DNA of 62,645 nt, filler included, from Anaerolineae bacterium (GTDB lineage: Bacteria > Chloroflexota > Anaerolineae > Epilineales > Epilineaceae), in NCBI GenBank assembly GCA_029262755.1. It is 7 parts of 7 records of this genome, joined end to end, with 100 filler letters (N's around TTAATTAATTAA, not from the genome) between each part and the next. Parts side by side here need not be neighbours in the genome. Positions count along the whole stretch, not along the records: positions 38,717 to 55,393 come from JAJCYU010000347.1; 6 more parts are not named here. One strand, 5' to 3'. Shown piece after piece: positions 40,441 to 48,319 of the stretch (within the stretch, counting starts at the first letter, position 1; each line of letters opens with the position of its first letter). The translations under genes were made by a program, and so were the position numbers. The notes under the pieces were generated by a model. The model ran no database searches and was not told the origin of the DNA. It saw only the letters and a program-made list of their open reading frames with translations.

Positions 40441-41267
40441 CACCATGTGGCTTCAGGGTCGCTACGGAACATGCCCTGCATTGCTTCCAGCAACGCTACC
40501 TGCTCCGGCACATGACGACCGCTACGGCCGCCGACGCGAGGGTCTACGTCCGGGATCCACGCTTCTTCGGCCCGATGGGCCGGCGGTCGCAACCCGGCAG
40601 CCGCCAACGAGCTGCAGGTCACGTCGAGCCAGCGTTCACGCAGCAGTGCCTGGGACGGGATGAATCCGGCAGCAGCCAGCCGGTCGTGCGCGTCTTGCTT
40701 CTCAAAGAGGCCGAGCGCGAACGGAAACAGTTCGTCCAGCGCTGCTTGAATGGGGCCCCGACCCGTTTCGCTGCGGGCCAACCGTTCGATGTAGGCCCGG
40801 TTGTGGATGAGGTGGTACTTCTTCTCTTGCCGAAGTTTGGTCGCCGCAACGGCCACCTCGGCCACCCCGCATGCGATTAGGCCGTCGTAGAGCACGGCCT
40901 TGGCCAGGTCATGGAGGTGTCGCCGCATCAGGCTGAAGGGATACTCGCCGCGTGGCAGCGCCACGATTTGGGCGTTGCGCCAGTCTCCTGCATCGCGCGT
41001 AAACGCCAGCAGATCCGGCGATCGTGTCTCACCGAGGCCTGCAAGCAAGTTGTACCAGACCAAGGCATGCCCAAGTTCGTCCTGCGCCATGCTAGAAAAG
41101 GCGATGTCCTCCTCCAGGATGGGGCCGAGGCCCGTCCATTCCGAATCGCGGTGTCCCTGCAACATGCAGTCATCCGCGATGCCGAGGACGACGATAGCCA
41201 AATCGGCTCGCGCCGTATCGTCCATACTTGCCATCGCGATCGGTGCGGAAGATTCTTGGTCGTTCAC
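40440..41267 (-). CDS. paaC: Phenylacetyl-CoA epoxidase subunit PaaC
   Basis: GHRDSEWTGLGPILEEDIAFSSMAQDELGHA, EKKYH, GGRSGRH. Confidence 0.93.
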   Translation of the reverse strand: MNDQESSAPIAMASMDDTARADLAIVVLGIADDCMLQGHRDSEWTGLGPILEEDIAFSSMAQDELGHALVWYNLLAGLGETRSPDLLAFTRDAGDWRNAQIVALPRGEYPFSLMRRHLHDLAKAVLYDGLIACGVAEVAVAATKLRQEKKYHLIHNRAYIERLARSETGRGPIQAALDELFPFALGLFEKQDAHDRLAAAGFIPSQALLRERWLDVTCSSLAAAGLRPPAHRAEEAWIPDVDPRVGGRSGRHVPEQVALLEAMQGMFRSDPEATW

Positions 41268-41731
41268 GTCGACGTCCCCTTCGCTTCGGTCGTACGCGAA
41301 CTGCCTTGGATCCTGGAAGAGCGCAGGCCCTGAAAGCCGGCCGGCTCGCGGTACAGCTTATCCGTCGTGTGAATAAACACGTCTGCGTCCTCGTAGTCGG
41401 TCGCATGGATCGCATCCGCCGGTGTAACCCACAGGTTCACGCACGCACCGCGACGCGCAAAATTTTCTTTGGCCAGCACAAGCGCGACCTCGGCATCGGG
41501 TGCATGAATGGAACCAACATGGGCGTGATGCTCACCACGTTTGGCCTGTTGAAAGACTTCCCATACCCGCCATTCGGTGTCCGCCGATGCGTGGTCCGGC
41601 GCGCGGCGCCGCGCGAACGCCATGGCCTGGTGATAGGGGTCGAAGTTCCATTCGCGCGAGTAATGCGGCATTGCGTCTTGGCCGTCGGGCTTCGAATCGC
41701 TCTCGAAATCGGCTGTCGGATCGCCGTACAT
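41264..41731 (-). CDS. paaB: Phenylacetyl-CoA epoxidase subunit PaaB with N-terminal extension
   Basis: WEVF..HVGSIHAPDAEVALVLAKENFARRG..LWV, DKLYR. Confidence 0.9.
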   Translation of the reverse strand: MYGDPTADFESDSKPDGQDAMPHYSREWNFDPYHQAMAFARRRAPDHASADTEWRVWEVFQQAKRGEHHAHVGSIHAPDAEVALVLAKENFARRGACVNLWVTPADAIHATDYEDADVFIHTTDKLYREPAGFQGLRSSRIQGSSRTTEAKGTST

Positions 41732-41732
41732 A

Positions 41733-42722
41733 TCAGGCCGCCGCCCGAGGTTGCTCCGCCTGTTCCAGCGCGGTTCGTAGCCAGGAACCTTGTTCGTACA
41801 GCAGGCGCCGTAGAGCCAAACGCTCCGCGTTCAGAGGACCGCCACCTCGGATCACGCGCTTGAACTCGTCCCAGTCCGGTTGCGTGAAGTGCCACGTGCC
41901 CGAATCCTCGTCCCAACGCAGGTCCTCATCCGGGATCTCAAGCCCCAGCTCCTGAATCTTCGGTACGAATTTGCGCAGGAAGATCTGCCGCTGCTCGTCG
42001 TTCGTCTTCGGCTTGAGCGCCCATCGTTGCAAGATATCGGTATGCACCGACGCCCGGTCCGGAGGACCGAAGAACATCATGAGCGGCCACCACCACCGGC
42101 TAAACGCTTCTTGGCACATAGCCCGTTGCGCAGGCGTACCCGTGTGAAGCGTCACGACAAGATCGTAGCCTTGCTTGAGGTGGAATGCTTCTTCATAGGT
42201 GATCCGCTGGAGCGCACGCGAGTAGGGTCCATACGAGCCCGTCTGCATGATCGTTTGGTTCACGATCGCTGCTCCGTCGATCAACCACCCCACCATCGCG
42301 ATATCGGCCCAGGTCTCGCAAGGGTAGTTGAAGACGTTGGAGTACTTGGACTCCCCGTTGACAAGCTCCGTCATCATTTCGTGTCGCGGCTTGCCGAGGG
42401 TTTCCGCCGCACGGTACAGCAGTTGGGCGTGCCCGACTTCGTCTTGCACCTTGGCGATCAGGGCCATCTTCCGCCGGAAGCCGGGTGCGTATGGTATCCA
42501 TTGGCCCTCCGGCAGAGCGCCCATCAGCTCGCTATTGGCATGTTGTTGGATGAGCCGGATCAGCTGCTTGCGGTACAGCGCGGGCATCCAATCGCCCGGC
42601 TCAATCTTCTCACCACGCGCAATGCGTTCTTCAAACGCCGCCAGTTGGCCTGGTGAGGTTTCTTCCTCGGCTACGAGGCGCGGCGTGGTGGTACCGCCGG
42701 CTGAGTTCTCGGAGCTGCTCAT
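41733..42722 (-). CDS. paaA: Phenylacetyl-CoA epoxidase subunit PaaA
   Basis: [53 protein letters not shown] coupling to TetR. Confidence 0.96.
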   Translation of the reverse strand: MSSSENSAGGTTTPRLVAEEETSPGQLAAFEERIARGEKIEPGDWMPALYRKQLIRLIQQHANSELMGALPEGQWIPYAPGFRRKMALIAKVQDEVGHAQLLYRAAETLGKPRHEMMTELVNGESKYSNVFNYPCETWADIAMVGWLIDGAAIVNQTIMQTGSYGPYSRALQRITYEEAFHLKQGYDLVVTLHTGTPAQRAMCQEAFSRWWWPLMMFFGPPDRASVHTDILQRWALKPKTNDEQRQIFLRKFVPKIQELGLEIPDEDLRWDEDSGTWHFTQPDWDEFKRVIRGGGPLNAERLALRRLLYEQGSWLRTALEQAEQPRAAA

Positions 42723-43324
42723 TTGGTGCTCTCCTCGATGGATGGACGTGAGGCTGGGCGCAAGCCGTCCAGCAAGAGTCCCGCGATTTGTTCCGCGACG
42801 GTATCCGCCGTCAATTCGCCGTCCGGTCGGAACCACTGGTACACCCAGTTGCATGTAGACAGGCACAAGCGCGCGGCCATATCAACATCCGTGCAACCGA
42901 AGTGCCCTTCACCGACGCCGGTCTGAATCAAGTCTCGCCAGCGCTGTTCGTAGGCATCACGTCGATGACGAAGCCGCCGTAGGCGCGGCGTCGAGACGTG
43001 CCGCCAGTCTTGGAAATACACCGTGGCCGCGGGCAGATTCTCTGTGATCACGCCTACATGTGCGGCGACGGCGTGGCGAAGCTGTGCGCTCGGATCATCG
43101 TTGCAGTCGAGAGCCGCGCTCATCGCAGAATCGAATCGATCCGCGGATCGCTCGACCACCGCGGCCAACAACGCCTCTTTGCTGGAGACGTGCGCGTAGA
43201 GACTTCCCCCCTGCAAATCGAGGGCGCCCGCAACCTGGCGGATCGTCGTCGCGTGGTAGCCTTGGCGCCCGAACAACTGCTCGGCCGCCGTTGTGATCTC
43301 GTGAGCGCGCGCCGTCGTCGTCAA
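42719..43324 (-). CDS. TetR family regulator (PaaR-like)
   Basis: [37 protein letters not shown]; first gene of the paa operon; TTG start with GAGGA. Confidence 0.9.
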   Translation of the reverse strand: MTTTARAHEITTAAEQLFGRQGYHATTIRQVAGALDLQGGSLYAHVSSKEALLAAVVERSADRFDSAMSAALDCNDDPSAQLRHAVAAHVGVITENLPAATVYFQDWRHVSTPRLRRLRHRRDAYEQRWRDLIQTGVGEGHFGCTDVDMAARLCLSTCNWVYQWFRPDGELTADTVAEQIAGLLLDGLRPASRPSIEESTK

Positions 43325-43380
43325 CAGACTTCCTCTTCGCGATTTCTTCGTGGGCGACCACGATCATGGGGACCGCCCGT

Positions 43381-43411
43381 AACCTAACAAGCGTTAGGTT
43401 GCATCGTAGCA
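43381..43411 (-). promoter_or_regulatory. TetR/PaaR operator with adjacent extended -10
   Basis: Perfect 8-4-8 palindrome AACCTAAC-AAGC-GTTAGGTT (43381-43400); TGcTACGAT immediately upstream on minus strand. Confidence 0.8.
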
Positions 43412-43518
43412 CGTGTGGTTCGTTGCGCCCAACCGGCTCCCCATCAGCCCGCCTCGCCTCGTCGGACCTAGTAGTGCGCCCGAGTACCAGCGGCACCGTC
43501 CAACGACGTGCGTACAAC

Positions 43519-43545
43519 GAGAAACCGCCGCCCGAAGGCGGCGGT
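43519..43545 (-). terminator. Intrinsic terminator of the lipoprotein gene
   Basis: ACCGCCGCC-TTCG-GGCGGCGGT followed by TTCTC on minus strand. Confidence 0.75.
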
Positions 43546-43576
43546 CAATCACTCGGTTGGCTAGCAGCGACTCGAA

Positions 43577-45073
43577 CTAGCGGGCGTCGCCCTCGGGCGC
43601 CGCCTGTACGTCGTTCGGACATTCGCTCTGCGACACATGCGAGCGCTCACCGACACGCAATGTTCCGCGATCCATCACGCGGAAGTACGCCGTATCCGTT
43701 TCGAGCACGTAGTCAGGCGGGGTGTCGTAGATGACGCTTACGCCTTCGGGGAAGGACGTGAGCTGCGAAGGCGACTCGAGGCCGTTCGTGGAGCCACCGG
43801 GGACGTTGGCTCGGTAGAGATGGTCCTCCCACTCGAACAGGAAGGACTCGTCCGTACCCATGTTGATCAGGTTGGCCGGCTCCGTCCGCCAATTTGCAAA
43901 GCGCGTGATCTCTGAAGCATCACCGAGCCGCTGACCGGAGTCGGCGTCGATTTCGCGGAACTGACTGTTGTAGAAGAGTTCAGGACCACCAATCGGCGTC
44001 TGCAACATGTACAGGCTGTCGCCCGCCGCGGACCAGGAAAGCTGCGGCGTCGACCACGTCACCTCATAGTCACGACCGTCGTTCGCCGTCAAGACCGTAG
44101 CGTCGTAGCGACGGAGCTGCTTGAGTTCGCCGCTTGCAACATCGAGCACTTGGACGATGGCCGAACCGACGCCCACGGTGCGCGCAATAGCCACGCGGCT
44201 CGAGTCCGGCGACCAGTGCATCTCTCCGCCGCGCAGCAGTACACCGGCGCGATGCTCATCATCCATGTCTGGTGCTTCCGCGGGCAAGGTGTCGCCCACG
44301 ACGATCTCGTTGGCACCATCCAAGCCGTACACGTATGGACGGCCTTCCGCCAGGTCGTAGACGCGCAGTTCACCCAATGTGCCAACCTCGGCGGCAACGC
44401 GTGATCCATCCGGACTCAACGACCATTGCTGAATCGGCTCCGATAGATGTACGTTGTTGACCGGAATCGGGGCCAGGCCGCCATCTTCGTTCGGGCTCAG
44501 CTTCGTATTGAGCACATCGTCCGGAACGGCACCCTGATACAGGCGCATGAGCGTGGAACTGTTGCCCCGGCTTACCGCAATCACGACGAGCCGGCCGTCT
44601 TCCGAGATCTCAACACCCTCCATCATCTCCGTGGGCCGGAAACCATCGACGGACGACTGCCCGGGACGCGGGGTGGAGTACGCTGGAACCTGACTCTCCG
44701 TATCCTCTACCTCCCACGTGCGCGCGAGGAAGTTCAGACGCGGAGCGCCGCCCTCACTCAGCTGTCGGATGTAGAGGGCGCGGTCGTCGCGGCGCCACAC
44801 CGCCTCGTCCGCCAGGTTCGGCGGACGCTGGGCGGAAATATACAGTACGGTCGAGCCGTCACCCGTCGCGGCGACGTCGAAAACGTCTCGTCCGAATGCG
44901 CGCAGACAGCCGCCGAACACGACGTTGACCACGTCCTCTTCATTTACTTCTTGGGGTTCGTCCGAGCTGAAGCTCGAGAGCAAGTCACAGCCCGTCGAGA
45001 CGGCGGCGAACGCAAACACGCTGACACCGAGAAACAACGCCCGTGCACAACGTGTGGCGCGTGAGAGAGCCAT
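43577..45073 (-). CDS. Lipoprotein with TolB/WD40-like beta-propeller
   Basis: AGGAGGAG RBS; lipobox STGC; LSPDGSRVA, WSPDSSRVA, WSAAGDSLY repeats. Confidence 0.8.
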   Translation of the reverse strand: MALSRATRCARALFLGVSVFAFAAVSTGCDLLSSFSSDEPQEVNEEDVVNVVFGGCLRAFGRDVFDVAATGDGSTVLYISAQRPPNLADEAVWRRDDRALYIRQLSEGGAPRLNFLARTWEVEDTESQVPAYSTPRPGQSSVDGFRPTEMMEGVEISEDGRLVVIAVSRGNSSTLMRLYQGAVPDDVLNTKLSPNEDGGLAPIPVNNVHLSEPIQQWSLSPDGSRVAAEVGTLGELRVYDLAEGRPYVYGLDGANEIVVGDTLPAEAPDMDDEHRAGVLLRGGEMHWSPDSSRVAIARTVGVGSAIVQVLDVASGELKQLRRYDATVLTANDGRDYEVTWSTPQLSWSAAGDSLYMLQTPIGGPELFYNSQFREIDADSGQRLGDASEITRFANWRTEPANLINMGTDESFLFEWEDHLYRANVPGGSTNGLESPSQLTSFPEGVSVIYDTPPDYVLETDTAYFRVMDRGTLRVGERSHVSQSECPNDVQAAPEGDAR

Positions 45074-45423
45074 CGGCAGTTCTCCTCCTGAGGTCCGAAT
45101 CTCCGGCGTCGGGGCGGCGCCGGCACAACCGCACCCGCCGTGATTCGCGGGAGCCAATAAGAGCGCGCCCGCGCCCCCACCTGCGAGAGCGTCGGGCCAG
45201 TCTACCAGATCAATGCTGTCAAGGTCATGACTGCCGCCGGACGACGACCTGACAATCGGCCCCCTCTCCAGCGGCGACTGTTTATCCGCCAAAGCGACGA
45301 TCCTGTCAAGTGTAAGGAGCCGTCTGTCGGAAGGGGCGACCCTGCTGTCGTTAGAGATTGGATCGGTCCGTTATACTCACGCCGCTCTGAGACCTCTGCA
45401 TGGAGCGCGCGCACTCGAGGTGA

Positions 45424-46332
45424 ATGATCGCTACGACATGGACGAAACCCACTCCCGTTCCCGGCGGAGCGTTGCCGACCAGAACGGCGGACTGGATGGC
45501 GCTCACCCGGCCACGCCTTGCCCTGCTCGGGTTGATCGTGGTCGTGCTCTCTTATGGGATTGCCGGAGCCATCGATCCCAAGCCTTGGCAGTTGACGACG
45601 CTTGTCGTGGGAGCGCTGCTCGCGTTGTCCGGTGCCAGCGCTTTGAACCAGGCAATCGAGATCACGGCAGACCGTCAAATGCGCCGCACGGCGGATCGGC
45701 CGGTGCCGAGCGGGCGGATTGGGCGCGCCGGTGCAGCCGCTTTCGGCTTGACCCTCGTTGCGATCGGCATCGTCATGCTCGCCCGAATCAACATGCAGAC
45801 GGCGGGTTGGGCCGCTGCCGGGGTCCTGAGCTACGTCCTGGTGTACACGCCCCTCAAGTCGAAAACATCCCTTTCGACGGTCATTGGCGCAGTGCCTGGG
45901 GCGATTCCCACGTTGATGGGATGGGCCGCGGCCACAGGCTCGCTCAGCGCAACAGCGTGGTCGTTGTTCTGGATCCTGTTCCTGTGGCAAATGCCGCATT
46001 TTCTAGCCGTCGCTTGGATGTATCGGCTCGACTATGCCCGCGCCGGTTTTCGGATGCTGCCCGATGTGGACGCGGATGGCGACGCGGCCACATGGCAGGT
46101 GCTTGCCTACGGAGCAGCGCTCGTGCCGGTGAGTCTTCTGCCCTCGATGATCGGTCCCGCCGGGCCTGGCTACTTCATCGGCGCCGTGTTGCTCGGCGCG
46201 GCCTATCTCGGCTTTGGACTGCAATTGAAACGCACACGTAGCGGGACTGCTGCCCGCGCCCTGCTCCGGGCATCGGTAATCTATCTGCCACTGCTGCTCG
46301 GACTGCTCGCGCTGGACGTGCTGGCCTTGTAG
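45424..46332 (+). CDS. cyoE: Protoheme IX farnesyltransferase (heme o synthase)
   Basis: LTRPR, NQAIE..DRQMRRTADRPVPSG, YTPLK, GAIPTLMGWAA, WQMPHF, DYARAG. Confidence 0.95.
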   Translation: MIATTWTKPTPVPGGALPTRTADWMALTRPRLALLGLIVVVLSYGIAGAIDPKPWQLTTLVVGALLALSGASALNQAIEITADRQMRRTADRPVPSGRIGRAGAAAFGLTLVAIGIVMLARINMQTAGWAAAGVLSYVLVYTPLKSKTSLSTVIGAVPGAIPTLMGWAAATGSLSATAWSLFWILFLWQMPHFLAVAWMYRLDYARAGFRMLPDVDADGDAATWQVLAYGAALVPVSLLPSMIGPAGPGYFIGAVLLGAAYLGFGLQLKRTRSGTAARALLRASVIYLPLLLGLLALDVLAL

Positions 46333-46436
46333 TGTCGCGGCATCGGTATCGGACATCGACGATTCACCCGGGCTGGAAGCCGCTGGACGTAGGTATGTAC
46401 GCCGAGACGATGCCTCTCAAGCGGCCGTGACAGGCG

Positions 46437-47084
46437 CTACCGCGTCCGCAGCACCGGCGTGAGCAGACGGAAGCCATGGCCGCGCACCGCGACGATGTGC
46501 TCGCCTTCCCCATCGATCGCGGTCATCCGAGAGCGGAGCCGACGTACCACACCATCGATCGCCTGATCCGAGACGCTCCCTTCCGGCGCATCGGGGTAGC
46601 ATGCGGCCGCGATCTCCGTTCTCGAATAGACCTTGCCGGGGTGATTGCACAGCAGGGTCAACAAGGCGAATTGATTCGGCGCAAGGGCCGGCTCCAGCCT
46701 CTGCGAAGCGAGCCAGACATCGCGCGACTCCGGATCGATACGAACACCGCGTTGTCGGCCGGCGGCAGGCGCCGTTGCCTCGTGGTCCACGAAGATCAGC
46801 TTGAAATGAGGCGGGACGAGGATCTCGTCGCCGTCGGTCAAGACCGCGGCTCGCTCGATGCGGGTGCCGTTGAGCAACGTCCCGTTCTTGCTTCCGAGAT
46901 CGACCAATACGTAGCGTCCCGCCTCGTGTCGGATCAGGCAATGGCTGCGCGATACCTCGCGATGTGCGAGACAGACATCGCTTTCGTCCCATCGTCCGAT
47001 CGTCGTCACTTCTTCGCGCAGACCCTGCCGGGTCGCGGCGGCTGCAGAACCATCGTGTACCATCACCATCGCGCGCTCGTTCAT
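46437..47084 (-). CDS. FHA domain + OmpR/PhoB-type winged-helix regulator (second copy)
   Basis: IGRW, VSRSHC, SKNGTLLNG; VRRLR..IVAVRGHGFR; GAAAGGAGG RBS. Confidence 0.92.
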   Translation of the reverse strand: MNERAMVMVHDGSAAAATRQGLREEVTTIGRWDESDVCLAHREVSRSHCLIRHEAGRYVLVDLGSKNGTLLNGTRIERAAVLTDGDEILVPPHFKLIFVDHEATAPAAGRQRGVRIDPESRDVWLASQRLEPALAPNQFALLTLLCNHPGKVYSRTEIAAACYPDAPEGSVSDQAIDGVVRRLRSRMTAIDGEGEHIVAVRGHGFRLLTPVLRTR

Positions 47085-47290
47085 CCGATCCCTCCTTTCG
47101 TAGATTGCTGCTGAATGGGTGCGAATCGAACGGACTCGCCGGCGAATGGGAATCGACGGGGCCACGAGGTTTTGGCTGTGACTGTGGCCCGCAGGCGGGA
47201 ACGGCCGATTCCTTGACCTGCTCTGCGAGGGACTACTACCCTCGGCTTGGACCGAATCCGCTCGGATCTACCAAAAGGGAAGAAGCCTCG

Positions 47291-48319
47291 ATGTCGCAGG
47301 ACGCAGCGTTCGCGGCGCGCTTGGTCAACGACCGATACATGCTGGTTGCCCGCATCGGCCAAGGCGGTGCGGGCTCGGTCTACTTGGCCGATGATTTGCG
47401 GCTTCCCGGCCGACAATGTGCCGTCAAGGAGATCGTGCTCCCAACGCGGATCGGTTCGGCGGCAGCCGAAACGATCCGGGCGGCGTTTCACGCGGAAGCG
47501 GTACTGCTCGCCCGCCTCGACCACCCCGCCCTGCCACGCGTCTCCGATCACTTCGTGGACAACGAGCGCAGCGTGCTGGTGATGGATTTCGTCGCCGGTC
47601 AGGATCTGGCCGCGCTGCTCGACGAAGCCCGATCGCGCGATCGTATGCTCGATGTGCGTCAGGTCTTGTCTTGGAGCGAGACCCTGTGCGACATTCTCTC
47701 CTACTTGCATCGACAGCGGCCGCCTGTCATCCATCGAGATATCAAACCATCGAATATCAAGCTTACGCCGGACGGACAGATCAAGCTGGTCGACTTCGGC
47801 CTGGCCGCAACCGGCGGCGAACCTGCCGACGGCATTACGGTAACCGTACAGGGTGGCGGATCGCGACCGTATCAGCCGCTTGAACAGTATGGAGAAGGAG
47901 GGGATGCCGACCCGCGAGCCGATCTCTATGCGCTCTCGGCCACGCTCTACCATTTGTTGACGGGGCGTGCGCCCTCGTCCGCTCGCGATCGATTCCTCGA
48001 TCCAAACGCACTGCGTGACATCGCGGATATTCGTCCGGACGTTCCTGCAACGACGGTAGGAGCGATCGCGCAAGGAATGGCGCTTCATCCCGACAAGCGA
48101 CCGGCAAGTGCAGAAGACTTGCGACGAAGGCTCATATCGCCCGCCGTCCCCGATACGGGCGTTCGTGCGGGACAGAATGGCAATGGCGGCGCAAACAGTA
48201 CAGTACAGGATGTGCCGATCACACTGTCTTGGACACAGGCGATCCGCGCCAATGGCGCGCTCGTCGGCGCCGTCATGATCCTGCTCCTCTTCGCCCTGGC
48301 CGTGACCTTCCGGCCCTGA
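47291..48319 (+). CDS. Hanks-type Ser/Thr protein kinase with single C-terminal TM (second copy)
   Basis: GQGGAGSVY, AVKE, HRDIKPSN, DFG, PLEQY; ends GALVGAVMILLLFALAVTFRP. Confidence 0.95.
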   Translation: MSQDAAFAARLVNDRYMLVARIGQGGAGSVYLADDLRLPGRQCAVKEIVLPTRIGSAAAETIRAAFHAEAVLLARLDHPALPRVSDHFVDNERSVLVMDFVAGQDLAALLDEARSRDRMLDVRQVLSWSETLCDILSYLHRQRPPVIHRDIKPSNIKLTPDGQIKLVDFGLAATGGEPADGITVTVQGGGSRPYQPLEQYGEGGDADPRADLYALSATLYHLLTGRAPSSARDRFLDPNALRDIADIRPDVPATTVGAIAQGMALHPDKRPASAEDLRRRLISPAVPDTGVRAGQNGNGGANSTVQDVPITLSWTQAIRANGALVGAVMILLLFALAVTFRP

